From NCBI GenBank assembly GCA_004764695.1, contig SMSO01000014.1:1855648-1919647 (forward strand): a DNA stretch of 64,000 bases, written 5' to 3'. This DNA is from Schizochytrium sp. TIO01 (taxonomy: Eukaryota; Protista; Bigyra: Labyrinthulomycetes). The notes beneath the pieces are model-generated. The model searched no databases and was not told the origin of the DNA. It was given only the letters and a program-made list of their open reading frames with translations. Of this stretch, positions 13,501 through 24,600 are shown piece after piece. Positions within the stretch are counted from its first letter, which is position 1; each line of letters begins with the position of its first letter. A program made the position numbers and the translations under genes.

Positions 13501-15059
13501 AGTGCTGCTTAGAGCCCTTTCTCTCTCACACACGCACGCGATCCACCTTTGTATGACTGGTTGTCGAACCGCGATGCCCTGGACGCCCCTTTGCAGCATT
13601 ATAAGTTCGCGCCTTTAAAGGGGACGCTGGAAATGTCCTCCGGGTTGGCTCTTCTTGTCAGCAATGCGATGCGATGCGAAGTAGCTTGTTCATTCCTGTC
13701 TCGTGTGCCTCGTGTGAAGCAAGCGTTGCGCTTGTCGGAGTCACCGCATTGCCAACGCCTCGACCTTGGTGGGGCCCATTGGCTGCTTTCGAGCCTGCCA
13801 AATCGCCCTTGATATCCGCATTGTGTACCACCGTGGTCCAAATCGTGTGCCCTAAGTCGCGCGAATTTTGAGAAGAACTCGACGGCCGCTACAAATCGAG
13901 GGCATTCATGAACGAATGAATGAATGAATGAATGTATAGACAGGCAGGCCGAGACTGACCTGAGTGCCTCGAGTGCAGGTGGACGAAAGAGGGATCCTTG
14001 CCATCCTTGTGCAGCGCGACGGTGCCTTTTCGTGACAGTGGATGGATTTTATGTTCGGGTACCCTCAACGGCCCTGTGAGAGCGGTCCTCCATTGCAGTA
14101 ACGCAAACCAAGATGGCGCTCCGTAGCCACGTTTTCGTCATCAACGAAACGATTTAATTTTATTTCTAAGTTATAATTTTTAATGAATCTATTTTATTTC
14201 CAGAATGAATTAAAATTAATTGATTAAAATTGTAAACCAGGTATGAAGCGGTGGGCGAGCTATTATCTCGGTTGACGAGCCAGCTTCCAGGGGGTGTTTT
14301 TGCACTTGTTACTGCCTTTTGAAGTGTTAATGTTTGGTAAATAGTAAAAATTGTTGTTCCCCAATTTGTTTGTGATTTTGCTTTTGCTTTTGCTGCTGTT
14401 ATCCCGTTCTATTAATTTTAAAGAACAAAAAGTAAAAGGAGTAAAAAGTAGAAAAAAACGTGTTAAAATTTTATTTGGTCGTTTCGAAGGGACACACGCT
14501 CGCGCTACTATTGCTGCCTGAATCCATCGCGGAATTCTGCGTACTCGTGCGCAACAGAGTGAGCACTGCGAGTTTGCGGGTGCGAGTAGGAAACCAATCA
14601 CGGGACTTCTGCTATGCATGCTTCGAGTAGCACGTCAAATAGCCGCCCTTCAGAGCTGGCTGCGCCTGAAAGACGCCGTGAATTGATTTATCCATGTCCA
14701 CCGCTGATTCTTTTTTCTTTCCCAACCGACTTTTCCCGCCGCCTAAGGCTACTTAGGCAGCGTTGTAGTAGGGGTATCAGATCATTTATTTATCCATGGT
14801 CCATCGCACTTTTCCTTGCCTCTCACCTGAAAGCACGGAAAAACCCTTTTTCCTTTTTCCCTTTTTTCTTACTAGTACCTCCTCGCACATTTACGAGTCT
14901 CGTCTCAAGGGAGGGAGGCTGGTTCGAATGGCAAAGTAGGCCATCTCGAGGTTTCCGGGCCTTTTCATACTCGTGAGCACGGTTCAACTCGCTCTCGAGC
15001 GGAGAACATACCCGTAGCAGCGGCCTGTTCGCCAATTGAAGTGCGTTTTTTTACTGCCA

Positions 15060-16790
15060 ACTCGTAAAGTCGGCAGGCAGGACATTAGGAAATCCAATTC
15101 TCGATGTCGCACTTTGACAGGGAGCAGTACAAGTTAATGTGCGATCTTCAGTTACCTTAGATAGATATAAATACGGGCAGAACGCAACAAGAGGGCACAA
15201 TTGAAGGAGAGAGTCATAGCTCAACTTATCAAGAAACAACAGGCTGGCGTGTGGCGCAATCGGGTACGCCACCGAAGGTTGGCCAAAAGGGTGAAAAGTA
15301 TATAGTTCTGTCGTAGTCACACTCTTTCAAGAAGCTCTCAGCGCGAATATTACGACGATCCCAAAATCATGGGAAGGCGGTGCTGGTTGCTCAGTTTACC
15401 TCATTTTTCCAAGAAGAAATTATTCACACATCCCTAATTTAATTTCAATTTATTCATGAAGCTTTCCTTGACAAGAATGAAGTCTCATGTTGATGTAATG
15501 CAAGCAGTTATTCATTTGCTTTGTTTGTGTTATTTTGTCTTTTTAGTATGTCGTCATGCTGGCAATGCAGAGTGCAGTCAGGAGTAAGGAGGACTATCAA
15601 GGACTCCATCAGGACAGAAATAAATGAAAATCTACTCGTGATAACTTAAAACCTATTTATAGGTTTTCTTTGCTTTCCCTTTCGAGGTATATGTGCCACA
15701 ATTATGCAAATTAATTGAGCTTTACTTAATCATCGTCCTCTCTGAAAGAGTCACGTCCCCTGTTCAATTTCTTCATGAACTCGTAGCGCCTCATATGAAG
15801 TACTCTACGCATAACAACCCTACTCTTCGGGCGATCTTGATTTTGTACTAGCACTGCTTGAAAAAAGCTTGCATCTAGAAATCTCTGGGAGATTTATTTA
15901 CCACACCTGGTTTCTGATTGTTGAGCGACACACTTTTGAAAAAAACTCTGGCATAAAGTAACAGTAACGGAGCAACAATTATATGTTCATTTCCAAAGTG
16001 GCTAAAGCAACGATGTGTATTTGATTTACATGCTGACCTATACAAAATCTTCCTTTGGAAGATGTTTCTCGCATAAAAATTGCTATGCGGCTTGGACAGC
16101 TCTTCCATCTCTACATCAAGTCTGTTCAATATATATATATATATATATATATATATTCCTTCTTTCCAAAATAGAGAGCCCAGAATTGATTGTCAAAAGG
16201 GTCAACCTGAGGGAGGACAAATTTCGAGTTTCTACTGACTGCATGGCGCTACTCTGAAAGAATGCCTTGACTGCACTCCCTACTGAGAACTGCAAGTGGA
16301 ATCTGTCTGCAGGTATCTTTATAGCTGTTTCCGCTTTGAGTAACGAAATATATAATTGATGGAATAACGCGGGTTTTGCTGGCGCCGCGTGACTTACATG
16401 TTCGGAAATCTAGGGCAGGACGTCTCACAGACCTTTCGATCTTCCGGTCTAATGACCGCCTTCCATGTTGTTTCTTACAAGCGTACTCTTAGTGCTTCAT
16501 GCGCGTGAGCCTGGACGACAATGTCCATCGGTCTCTCAGTGGGAGTTCTTCTCCCTCTCGAATGCTGAGCCCAGGCTTTCTTTCTCCAGTCCATGCAACA
16601 GCGTCAGCCTCGACATGGCGGCGCCTTACACAGAGAAACAGCTTTTGCATGCAATCCCAGCGCTCCTGCCCTTTACGCGAGGTTTGTCTGCCGCGAGCAT
16701 CACAAGATGAGTTTCAGGTCAGAGCTTGGAAAGCAGTTTCGATGCATCCAACAACAATGAAAAGCACCGCCAAGATCGCAGTTTTGCAAT
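15060..16790 (-). mobile_element. Possible decayed Ty1/copia gag-protease relic
   Basis: Minus strand, in copia order: gag/UBN2-like ..KGQERWDCMQKLF....GLSIREGEEL (~16550-16790); degenerate zinc knuckle LYRSACKSNTH (~16013-16045); protease-region-like LFLDK.. and IGFPNVL (~15080-15245). Interrupted by stops and an (AT)n tract. Confidence 0.3.
16129..16156. repeat. (AT)n dinucleotide microsatellite
   Basis: About 14 AT units read directly. Confidence 0.95.
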
Positions 16791-17256
16791 TTTGGGGGAG
16801 TCTTGTTCGCTATGTATCTTCCGTAGCCAAACTTCAGCTGCTAATTTATGAATGTATGAATAATACTGAATGTGCGAGCGCCTCTGTAGAGGGAAATCCG
16901 AACTTTCTCCAAACTAACGAACTTCGATGCCAGAAACAGGTCCTATAGTCGTGTCATTCATTTTTAGTTCTCTACGCTCGTAGTTTCTTCGCTTCGAGCA
17001 TCCGTCCACTCACTCGATTGCATTCGGACAATTTAGCGCTAGCCCAAACCCTCTCATTGTGGAGATGACAAGTGCCCTCCATAGTGCTGAGGGTCAGGAA
17101 TTGATTTGCCCAGCATAAAGCGAACCACCTGCTACTATGGCTCCTCTTTTGGTAACCAATCCCTTTTTGGTTTCTTGTTCAACTAGGCTGCCGAGGCACC
17201 TGCTCATTTCCACAACGGTGAAACATCCTTCTTCTCAGAACCGGATGTGTGTCCTC

Positions 17257-17320
17257 GTATCATTGTATCATTGTATCATTTGTATCATTGTATGTATTTT
17301 TGTATGTATTTTTGTTTTAT
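17257..17320. repeat. Octamer repeat (TATCATTG)n grading into (TGTATGTATTTT)n
   Basis: gtatcattgtatcattgtatcatttgtatcattgtatgtatttttgtatgtattttt read directly. Confidence 0.85.
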
Positions 17321-18257
17321 TGTACCATTGCGTGTATTGTTGTAAGTGTTATTGAATATATGAATGTATGTAAGTGTATCTGTGTGTCAATCATCGCCTG
17401 CTGTAGACAGAAAGTCGAATGCTTGTTCTCGCCTTCGTGCGCGCATTCGGAATGCCAATATTGCCCATGTCAGCGTGACGGAGAAGTACGAAGTTCTTCG
17501 CTTTCCTCCTTCGTGACGCCGACTGACTGCTGCCTGACTGCCTGAGTGAGCGAGTTAGCGAGTTGAACCTCCACTGCGCCGCAGTGCTCATAAGCGCCTT
17601 CGCCACTGCCTGCGATCTTCGGCCTGGCTTGAAGCAGGCCCACGGACGGAGATCTCTCTCTCTCTCTCTCTCTCTCACTCGTTCACTCACTCCTGATTTC
17701 TTGTTCTTAGTCTCGCTGGCCAATCATCCCTCGAATTTGTAGTTTCAGGACGGCCACCAGAGTTGAGCTTGAGGTTGAAGGCTATTGATTGATCTGTTGA
17801 TTGATTCATTCACTTGTGCCGCTGCGCAGAATGCTGCCTGCTGCTTGCCTGTAAGAGCCCACCATGAATGGATGCAATTGCCACGATTTCGAGAGCGAAG
17901 ACTGCGATGACGGACGAGATGAAGAAGAAGAAGAAGAAGAAGTAGCAGAAGAAATGGTAAGTAGGCCTGCTGAGCTGTGATTTCTTCGACTTTGTTGGGC
18001 TTCTTTTGTTCGCCTCAGTCGAATAATTAATGTCCGAGGAATCTGAGGCTCTCTCGTTCTTGTGCAAACTGTCGTGGCTCCTCAGAACTCACTCACTCAC
18101 TCACTCACTCACTCAGGCTCCTCGGAAGGCCGCTGAGAACGAACGGCCTTTGCAGAGGAGGAGCTCTGAAAGCAGGCGACCTAATTGCCGCGGGTTTAGC
18201 GAGAATAACAGCGACAGCGCCACAACTTTAACGAAAGGTCTGTCTCATTCATGACCA

Positions 18258-18315
18258 GATCAATCGATCGGTCGATCGATCGATCGCTTGCTTGCTTGCT
18301 TGCTTGCTTGCTAGC
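18258..18315. repeat. Compound (GATC)n-(TTGC)n satellite
   Basis: gatcaatcgatcggtcgatcgatcgatcgcttgcttgcttgcttgcttgcttgctagc. Confidence 0.9.
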
Positions 18316-20586
18316 TTTGCCCTATTTATGTTATTTAACTTTATTATAAAATAAGTCAAATTGGAGTCTCCCTGAACAACTTGTTTCATAAAAACTATGA
18401 AACAAGCAAAGCTCACCAGGCACCTTCAATTTGATGGTGCTGCAGGCAAATGAATAATTATAAACAAACAAATGGATGCGTAAAGGCGGCGCTGTTGCAA
18501 GAACCCCAGGCTCGCAGGCCTTTCCGCCGTGTGCCGTTTACATTTCTTCATTGATTCAATTCTTCACTTCATTCATTTATTTCTATATTTATTTATTTAT
18601 TCATCTGAAAGCGAGCTTTCTCATCGCTGTATTGCTTCCAAGTGTCGGTAGCAGCGATTAAGTAAGTGCTAAGAGGAACGGTGAGGGTTGAAAAGGAAGG
18701 AGGGCTCGCTCAATCAGGGCGGCACAACTTCAACTTTTCAAGCACCGCCACCCACAAACGCAGCGATCTTCGGCTTTGGAACGAAGGTCCCTGAAACCCG
18801 CAGCACTGATCGGAGTGGCGACTTTCTGATCCTCTTCCGCGCCAATGCCTTCTCGTTTCACAGCCTTTCGCTCGAGTTCGCTCGCTCCGCTAGAAAGTCA
18901 AACCTCATTTTCCGAATATAACCAAACAGTAATCGCCAAACAGAAATAGTAATAATAAGTTTTTTGTTTTGTTTTTAGTGTTTTTTTCATTAAAATTAGT
19001 TATAGTTAATAAACGTAGAATAAATAAAGGGCGAGCGGTTAGTTAAGAAGCTGCTGCTACCTAGCTGCCCCGGTAGGAGTCGCTAGGAACTCCTCCTTCC
19101 TGCTCTTTCGATCTTTGCTTTTCTGTTCTCAAAAAAGAGAACCATCTTGTTTGCGCCAGATTCTTCGGAGCTCGTGCAAGAGGCACGAGGAGAGATCGCG
19201 CCACACGCCCGCGCTAGCTAGACGCCGGTGATGAGCTTCTCGCGAGGCCACGATGCTGCCATCAGTTAAGCCTGTGTGGCTGGGCTCGAGCCATCTCCAC
19301 TCCCTTCCTGCCTGGAGGAATGAATTGCCAACCTGAGCGTCTGCCGCCCTTTGATTACCTTCCAAAGGTATCCCATTCCATTCATTCATTCGTTCATCAT
19401 TCATTGCCTATTGGGCGAGTGCGTTAGCGAGTGCGTTAGCTTGAAACAGGAAAGGCGCTCGAAGGGTGTCAGTGAGAGGCCTTCGTGAGTCACTCAAGCG
19501 ATTGATCGCAGGAAAGGACTTGGGCAATGGACAGAAATACGAATGAATGGATGGATACCTCGATCAATTTATACTTGAACCCATCGATCGATTGTCAACT
19601 GATTGATGGTCCGCCAATTGGTGAAAGCTGCTGATGAATCAATAATTGATTGATACTTCGATCAATTGGCCAATCAATCAATCAATCTTCAGCAGTGGTG
19701 GCCGACGCTCGAAACGCTGGCCTGGCAGATAAATGAGCATGATTTGATGATTGATGATTGATGCAAACAACCAAACAAGCAAGTTGGTTGGCAGGAGCTT
19801 TACAGATGGTGCTTCCTGGCGACCCACCAAAGATGCATTCGTAGCTGGGTGTGGATACCAGGCATGCTTTGATTCGACTTGATCGCGCCTTCGCGGTTAC
19901 GGCCTCTTTCTTGAAGGCGCAGAATTGTGCGCTGCTGCAACTTGAAGACCAATAATTCTTACTATAAATGAGCGATCGATGAGAGTGATGACTGCGAGAT
20001 CGCTCTTTTTTGTTCCCTCTTTGGTTAGTTTTTTTAAAAGTGATTTTCAAGGTAACAATCACTCCTCCAATTCTCTCTTACTTTATTATTTTACTCTGTA
20101 TGTTATTCAAGAACAAGAAATCATGATAATAACACGTATAATACGTCGAAACAAAGTAGTTTTGATGCATTTATTTATCTACCTGCTTATTTCTGTGGAG
20201 CGCTCCATCTTGCCTCGCGTATTTTTTTTCGCTGCAGCTCATCAGCGGCCGTGCAACTGTAAGGTAATCTCGCGCAGAGCCTGCCAAAGGCCCCGGCCCG
20301 GGAGGGATAGGGCACATACGGAATGTGACGAGGGGGGCGCCGCAGCGAAGCAACCAACCCGAGCGGCGCTTACCTATCGCGGTTTGTCTTTCCGTGGCTT
20401 TCTCGTGTGCAGGCAGCAAGCAGGAAAGGCCAATCAATACATTAAAATTAAAAAACATTTTTTTTTTTAAGGATTAAAAACTAAAAATTCACGATCATTC
20501 ATCGTTGTCGATTCGGGACCCCTTTTTTTTCTCCCGCCTTTCTCTCAACTTCCTTGCGTGATTCCACTTCCTCGAAGGAAAGGCCG

Positions 20587-20587
20587 T

Positions 20588-20647
<60 letters not shown>

Positions 20648-20648
20648 T
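20587..20648. repeat. (TTTC)n microsatellite, ~15 units, ~1 kb upstream of the TRP gene
   Basis: Perfect polypyrimidine array read directly. Confidence 0.95.
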
Positions 20649-21666
20649 TCCTGTTTTGTTTTTTTTCTTTCCTTTCACTTATTTATTATCTATCATCCAT
20701 CTATCTCTGGAGATGCAGAGCTAGCTAGCTGCCCACGTCCTCGATTGTGCTTCGGCAGAAGTAAGTTCCCCTTTTCGCGAACTTGACGCTGACCAGGTAG
20801 GTCGATAAGCACACAGGCAGGCAGGCGCCTTGTTGATACTATTTCTTCGGCGCCTGCTTATTGCTTGGCCCTATTCGTTTCCCCATCGTTGGCCTTTTTA
20901 TGTGAGGCTGAAAGAAAGAAAGAAAGAGAGAAAGAAAGAACGAGAAAGGGGAAAAAAAGCGAGGATCTGTAGGGCCTATGAGTAGTTAAATGACTGCTAG
21001 GCGGCTTCGCATAAAGAACGATGGATTCACTCCGCGCGTGCGCAAGGGGGTGCGCGGGCACCCCTGAGAGGTGTGCATGCGCTGTCCCTTTTCTCTTGCG
21101 GGGTTATTGTTCTCAAGGGAACACCTAAATCCCAGAAAGCCCAAACGGTCATCTGCGAAGGATCTCGTTAATAAGTGTATGAGTATTCTATAAGGTCTTG
21201 CTTGGGGCTTAACATCATCAAAAGTACTACGAACCATAGAAGGCTGCAAAACTCACAGCGAGGCTGGTTCAATTACGGAAAGCGCCGAGACATTGTCAGA
21301 GTCTCTTGCAGCGGAGCCTGCTTGAGTGCTCTGCTTGCTTGCCTGCGTCGCAAGCTCGCTGGCTGGCTGGTTGGCCAGCAGGCGAGTCAACGTAAACGAG
21401 GATTTTCGCCATTCTGGTGTTGAATGGACCTATAAATTAGCTGCGGTCAAGGCATTGCAATCGCAAATCTATATATATTTGTATATATATATATTTTTTA
21501 CAACTAGTAGGCCGCTCAAAGCGTCTTTCAATCAAACACTATTTGCGCACGAAAAGGCAATTGGCTTGTCTAGTGTAGTCTTGAGCAGAAGTCTTGGGTT
21601 GAATAGTACCCCAACTACGTGGCCAAGAATAGCCAACTACTTGCGGACTGCGTGCTGACTGGAGAA

Positions 21667-24600
21667 ATGCGAAAATTCCCTCTTCCTCCAGGGAGTAGTC
21701 CTCTCCCACCGGGGAGCAGTAATACGTCAAGTACAAAGGTATCAACAGCTAATATTATCGTCGAGTTTCAGGACAAGGGGCTTGTCCAACCTAGAAGCAT
21801 TCGGGTTTGTAAAGCCGGGGATGAATGTGATGTTGAACAAATTTCCACTATTGTCAAGCAACGATGCTCAACCAGTCGCGTTGTCCTTGAAACCTCTCAG
21901 CTAGAGCACAACTATGAATTGCGTACAAATGGAGAACTCTTCGAATATATCAACGACCAAGTGGAGCACGAGCATAAACGTTTTGATGAAGAAGAACACC
22001 AGCCTGTCACCATTGTTCTTAAAGCCAGGTCCCTATCTGGGCCTCATACAGGCCGAAAGACAGGCAGTCAGAATGGAGGGGGGAATAAATTGTCATCTTT
22101 TACCAGGAAGCCACTTTCTAGTTCGGCTACATCACCAGCTCGTATTAGCGCCGTCTCCACCGCAAGCGAAACTATTGGAAATGAGATTGAGGATGAGTTT
22201 CAGGATGAAGACGAACATGAAGATCTTAGCACACTTGGAAAGCTTAAGCAACTTTTTCCTCACGATCGATCAAATCTCACACTATCATATCTTGAGGATC
22301 AATTGAGTGCCTATCGCATTAGCTGGGGAAGCTGGAACGTAGAAAGCTCCAACAAAACTATTGAAGATCTTTTTGAAGAAATCCGTAACAATTCATGCGA
22401 TCTGTACACGGATGACTTGGGTGTTATTCGAATTGTCCGACTTGTCCGTGTCAAAATTGTTGAACCAGACTCAAAGCATATTCTTGTCAATATCATGAAG
22501 ATGATGGACCAGAAAAAACATCACAGTAAAGTTCACTCGTTACCGGCATATAAATGCAAACGCGGAGAATCTCCATATCATGCAGCCTTGCGCAATGTAC
22601 AACAAGAACTTGGTCATGGTCTTTGGGGGCCCGTTAACTCAATTGAGTCAATGTATACATCATCGAAAAGTGCAATGGCTGAAAGCATCACCAGCACTAT
22701 CTCGCGAGACCCACATGCTCGCAGGGCAAATGTTGTACTACAATCGACAATTCTCGACCACATCGAGCCAACAGGTTTTGAGCGCCCAACACATGAGTTT
22801 CGGGATAGCCGATCCTTCCCTGGCCTACGTACTGCATACTATATTCATACTCTAGCTTTGTACATGAAAAGCACAAGAGTGCCTCGGAGAGGATCTTTCA
22901 CCGTAATAGACCAACAACGACCAGGAGTCATTCGTCTGTGGCAATGGATGCCTCCTGATCATGTCAACAGGACCATTCTCGGCAACCAAACAACAACAGA
23001 AGTATCAACTAAACAAGAGAAGGCTACGAGTCCTACCGGTCCTGGTTCACCCCAACAGGCCTCTATGCACCAACTTTTTGATGATCCTAAAAACTCACCT
23101 CCAGCTGAGCCCGCGCTACCTTTTCAAGATTCGCTTCGTGGTAAACACTTACTTGAATACAGAGCTGCCCGTTACCGCCAACGTCTGGCAGCTATGGATG
23201 GGCCTCTAGCTTCTTCAATCTTCTCTAGAATTTCAGAGTTTTGGTACAAAGAAAACGTACAGCCTACCTTGAGTGAGCGACACCAGCAAGAGGCTGAGAG
23301 AAACCTCGCCTATCATTACACTCTCCCCGTCCCCAGTGAGCTCACCGACATTTCTCTTGGAAACTGGCTTCAATGCTACGGCGTAAATGTTTCACTCTGG
23401 GGCAAAGGTCAAGCGAAAAAGGTGCAACAACTCGTTGATGAGGTTATTAACGGTGAATCAAGCTTGCACCTTACAGAGGTCACTGAGCTTGCACAAAGGC
23501 CAAGCGCTGCTTCGCCTGTCTTTACGCAAGGGAAAGATCTCCCAGTTCGAGCTGCAGTGCAAAATAAAGCACTGCGAAAGCAGCATGCTGTAATGTCCTA
23601 TCATCAGCCACGTCTAAACTTGGCTAAAAAGCCGCTTCGAGTAATTCATGTTGCAAAGGTCGAGCTTGTTCACGAGAAGAACCCAAACTTAGTTCTTGTC
23701 GAGACGCATCAGAGACTGGAAGATAGTCGTCTTCGTGTCCGCTTCAAGTCTCTTGCTGAAAAGTTCAAACCCAATGAAACAGCACGTGACGCGACTTTTC
23801 GAGGCATATACGAGGAGCTTATTGCTCCAAGCATTTATCTTGTAGACCAAGATGGAAACAAACTTATCATCCAGCGACCATCTCATGAAGAATCTAAGCG
23901 GTCTATTCGCGTCCTATCAATACATGCTCCAAAAGTTGAAATTCTTCAGTCTCCTTCTTATCCTGGTCTGGAGACTCGCTATCACTTGCATGTCTTTCGT
24001 TGCGTCATGTCCTTTCTACCAGACGAACCATTTTGCACTGAGGAGCCACGACCTCATAATGACGGTGCAATTGTGCATTTCTGGCGATGGGAAACACGGC
24101 AAATAATCAATGCAATGACGAACTCCCTGATTAACCAAGTTCGTTTCTATTTTCATCTTGTCCCACCCGCAAAGCGAGATTTTAACGTTCTTAAGAACTG
24201 GTTCTTCGAAGCGGCGGAAACAGATCAAGTCGACGTTATCAAACTTTTGTGTGCTCCACAAAATGCGAATGGCAATCAAATAGAGGATCAGGATGATTTC
24301 ACTCGTCGTTTTGTTTCAGTAGACCACAATCCACCACATGAAGAAGAGGAAGAGCAAGATCAATGGGAAAAAGAAGGTTACGCTTCCCAGCCGAGAAGAA
24401 ATAGCTCACTTGCAAAGAAACGGCTTGGGATTTTGGATCCTTCCTCCCCTGACGTTAGAGATACACAGGGTCGCAGCGCTGTCCGCGTTGCCGCATTGCA
24501 CAAAGCATACAATGCTGTGGATGCTTTGATTCGAATCTGCCTTGAAAATGCGCAAATAAAAGCTGAAGAGACACCAAAGACACCTCGGAATGAAAAGCTA

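Noticed and set aside
19415-19440. 12-bp tandem duplication GCGAGTGCGTTA x2 (similarly gagaatgatgac x2 near 31737)
   Set aside because: Two-copy local slippage duplications with no evidence of function.
21619-21666. GTG-initiated N-terminal extension of the TRP ORF (similarly 57117-57173 for the ARM protein)
   Set aside because: Eukaryotic context; the first in-frame ATG is preferred without Ribo-seq evidence.
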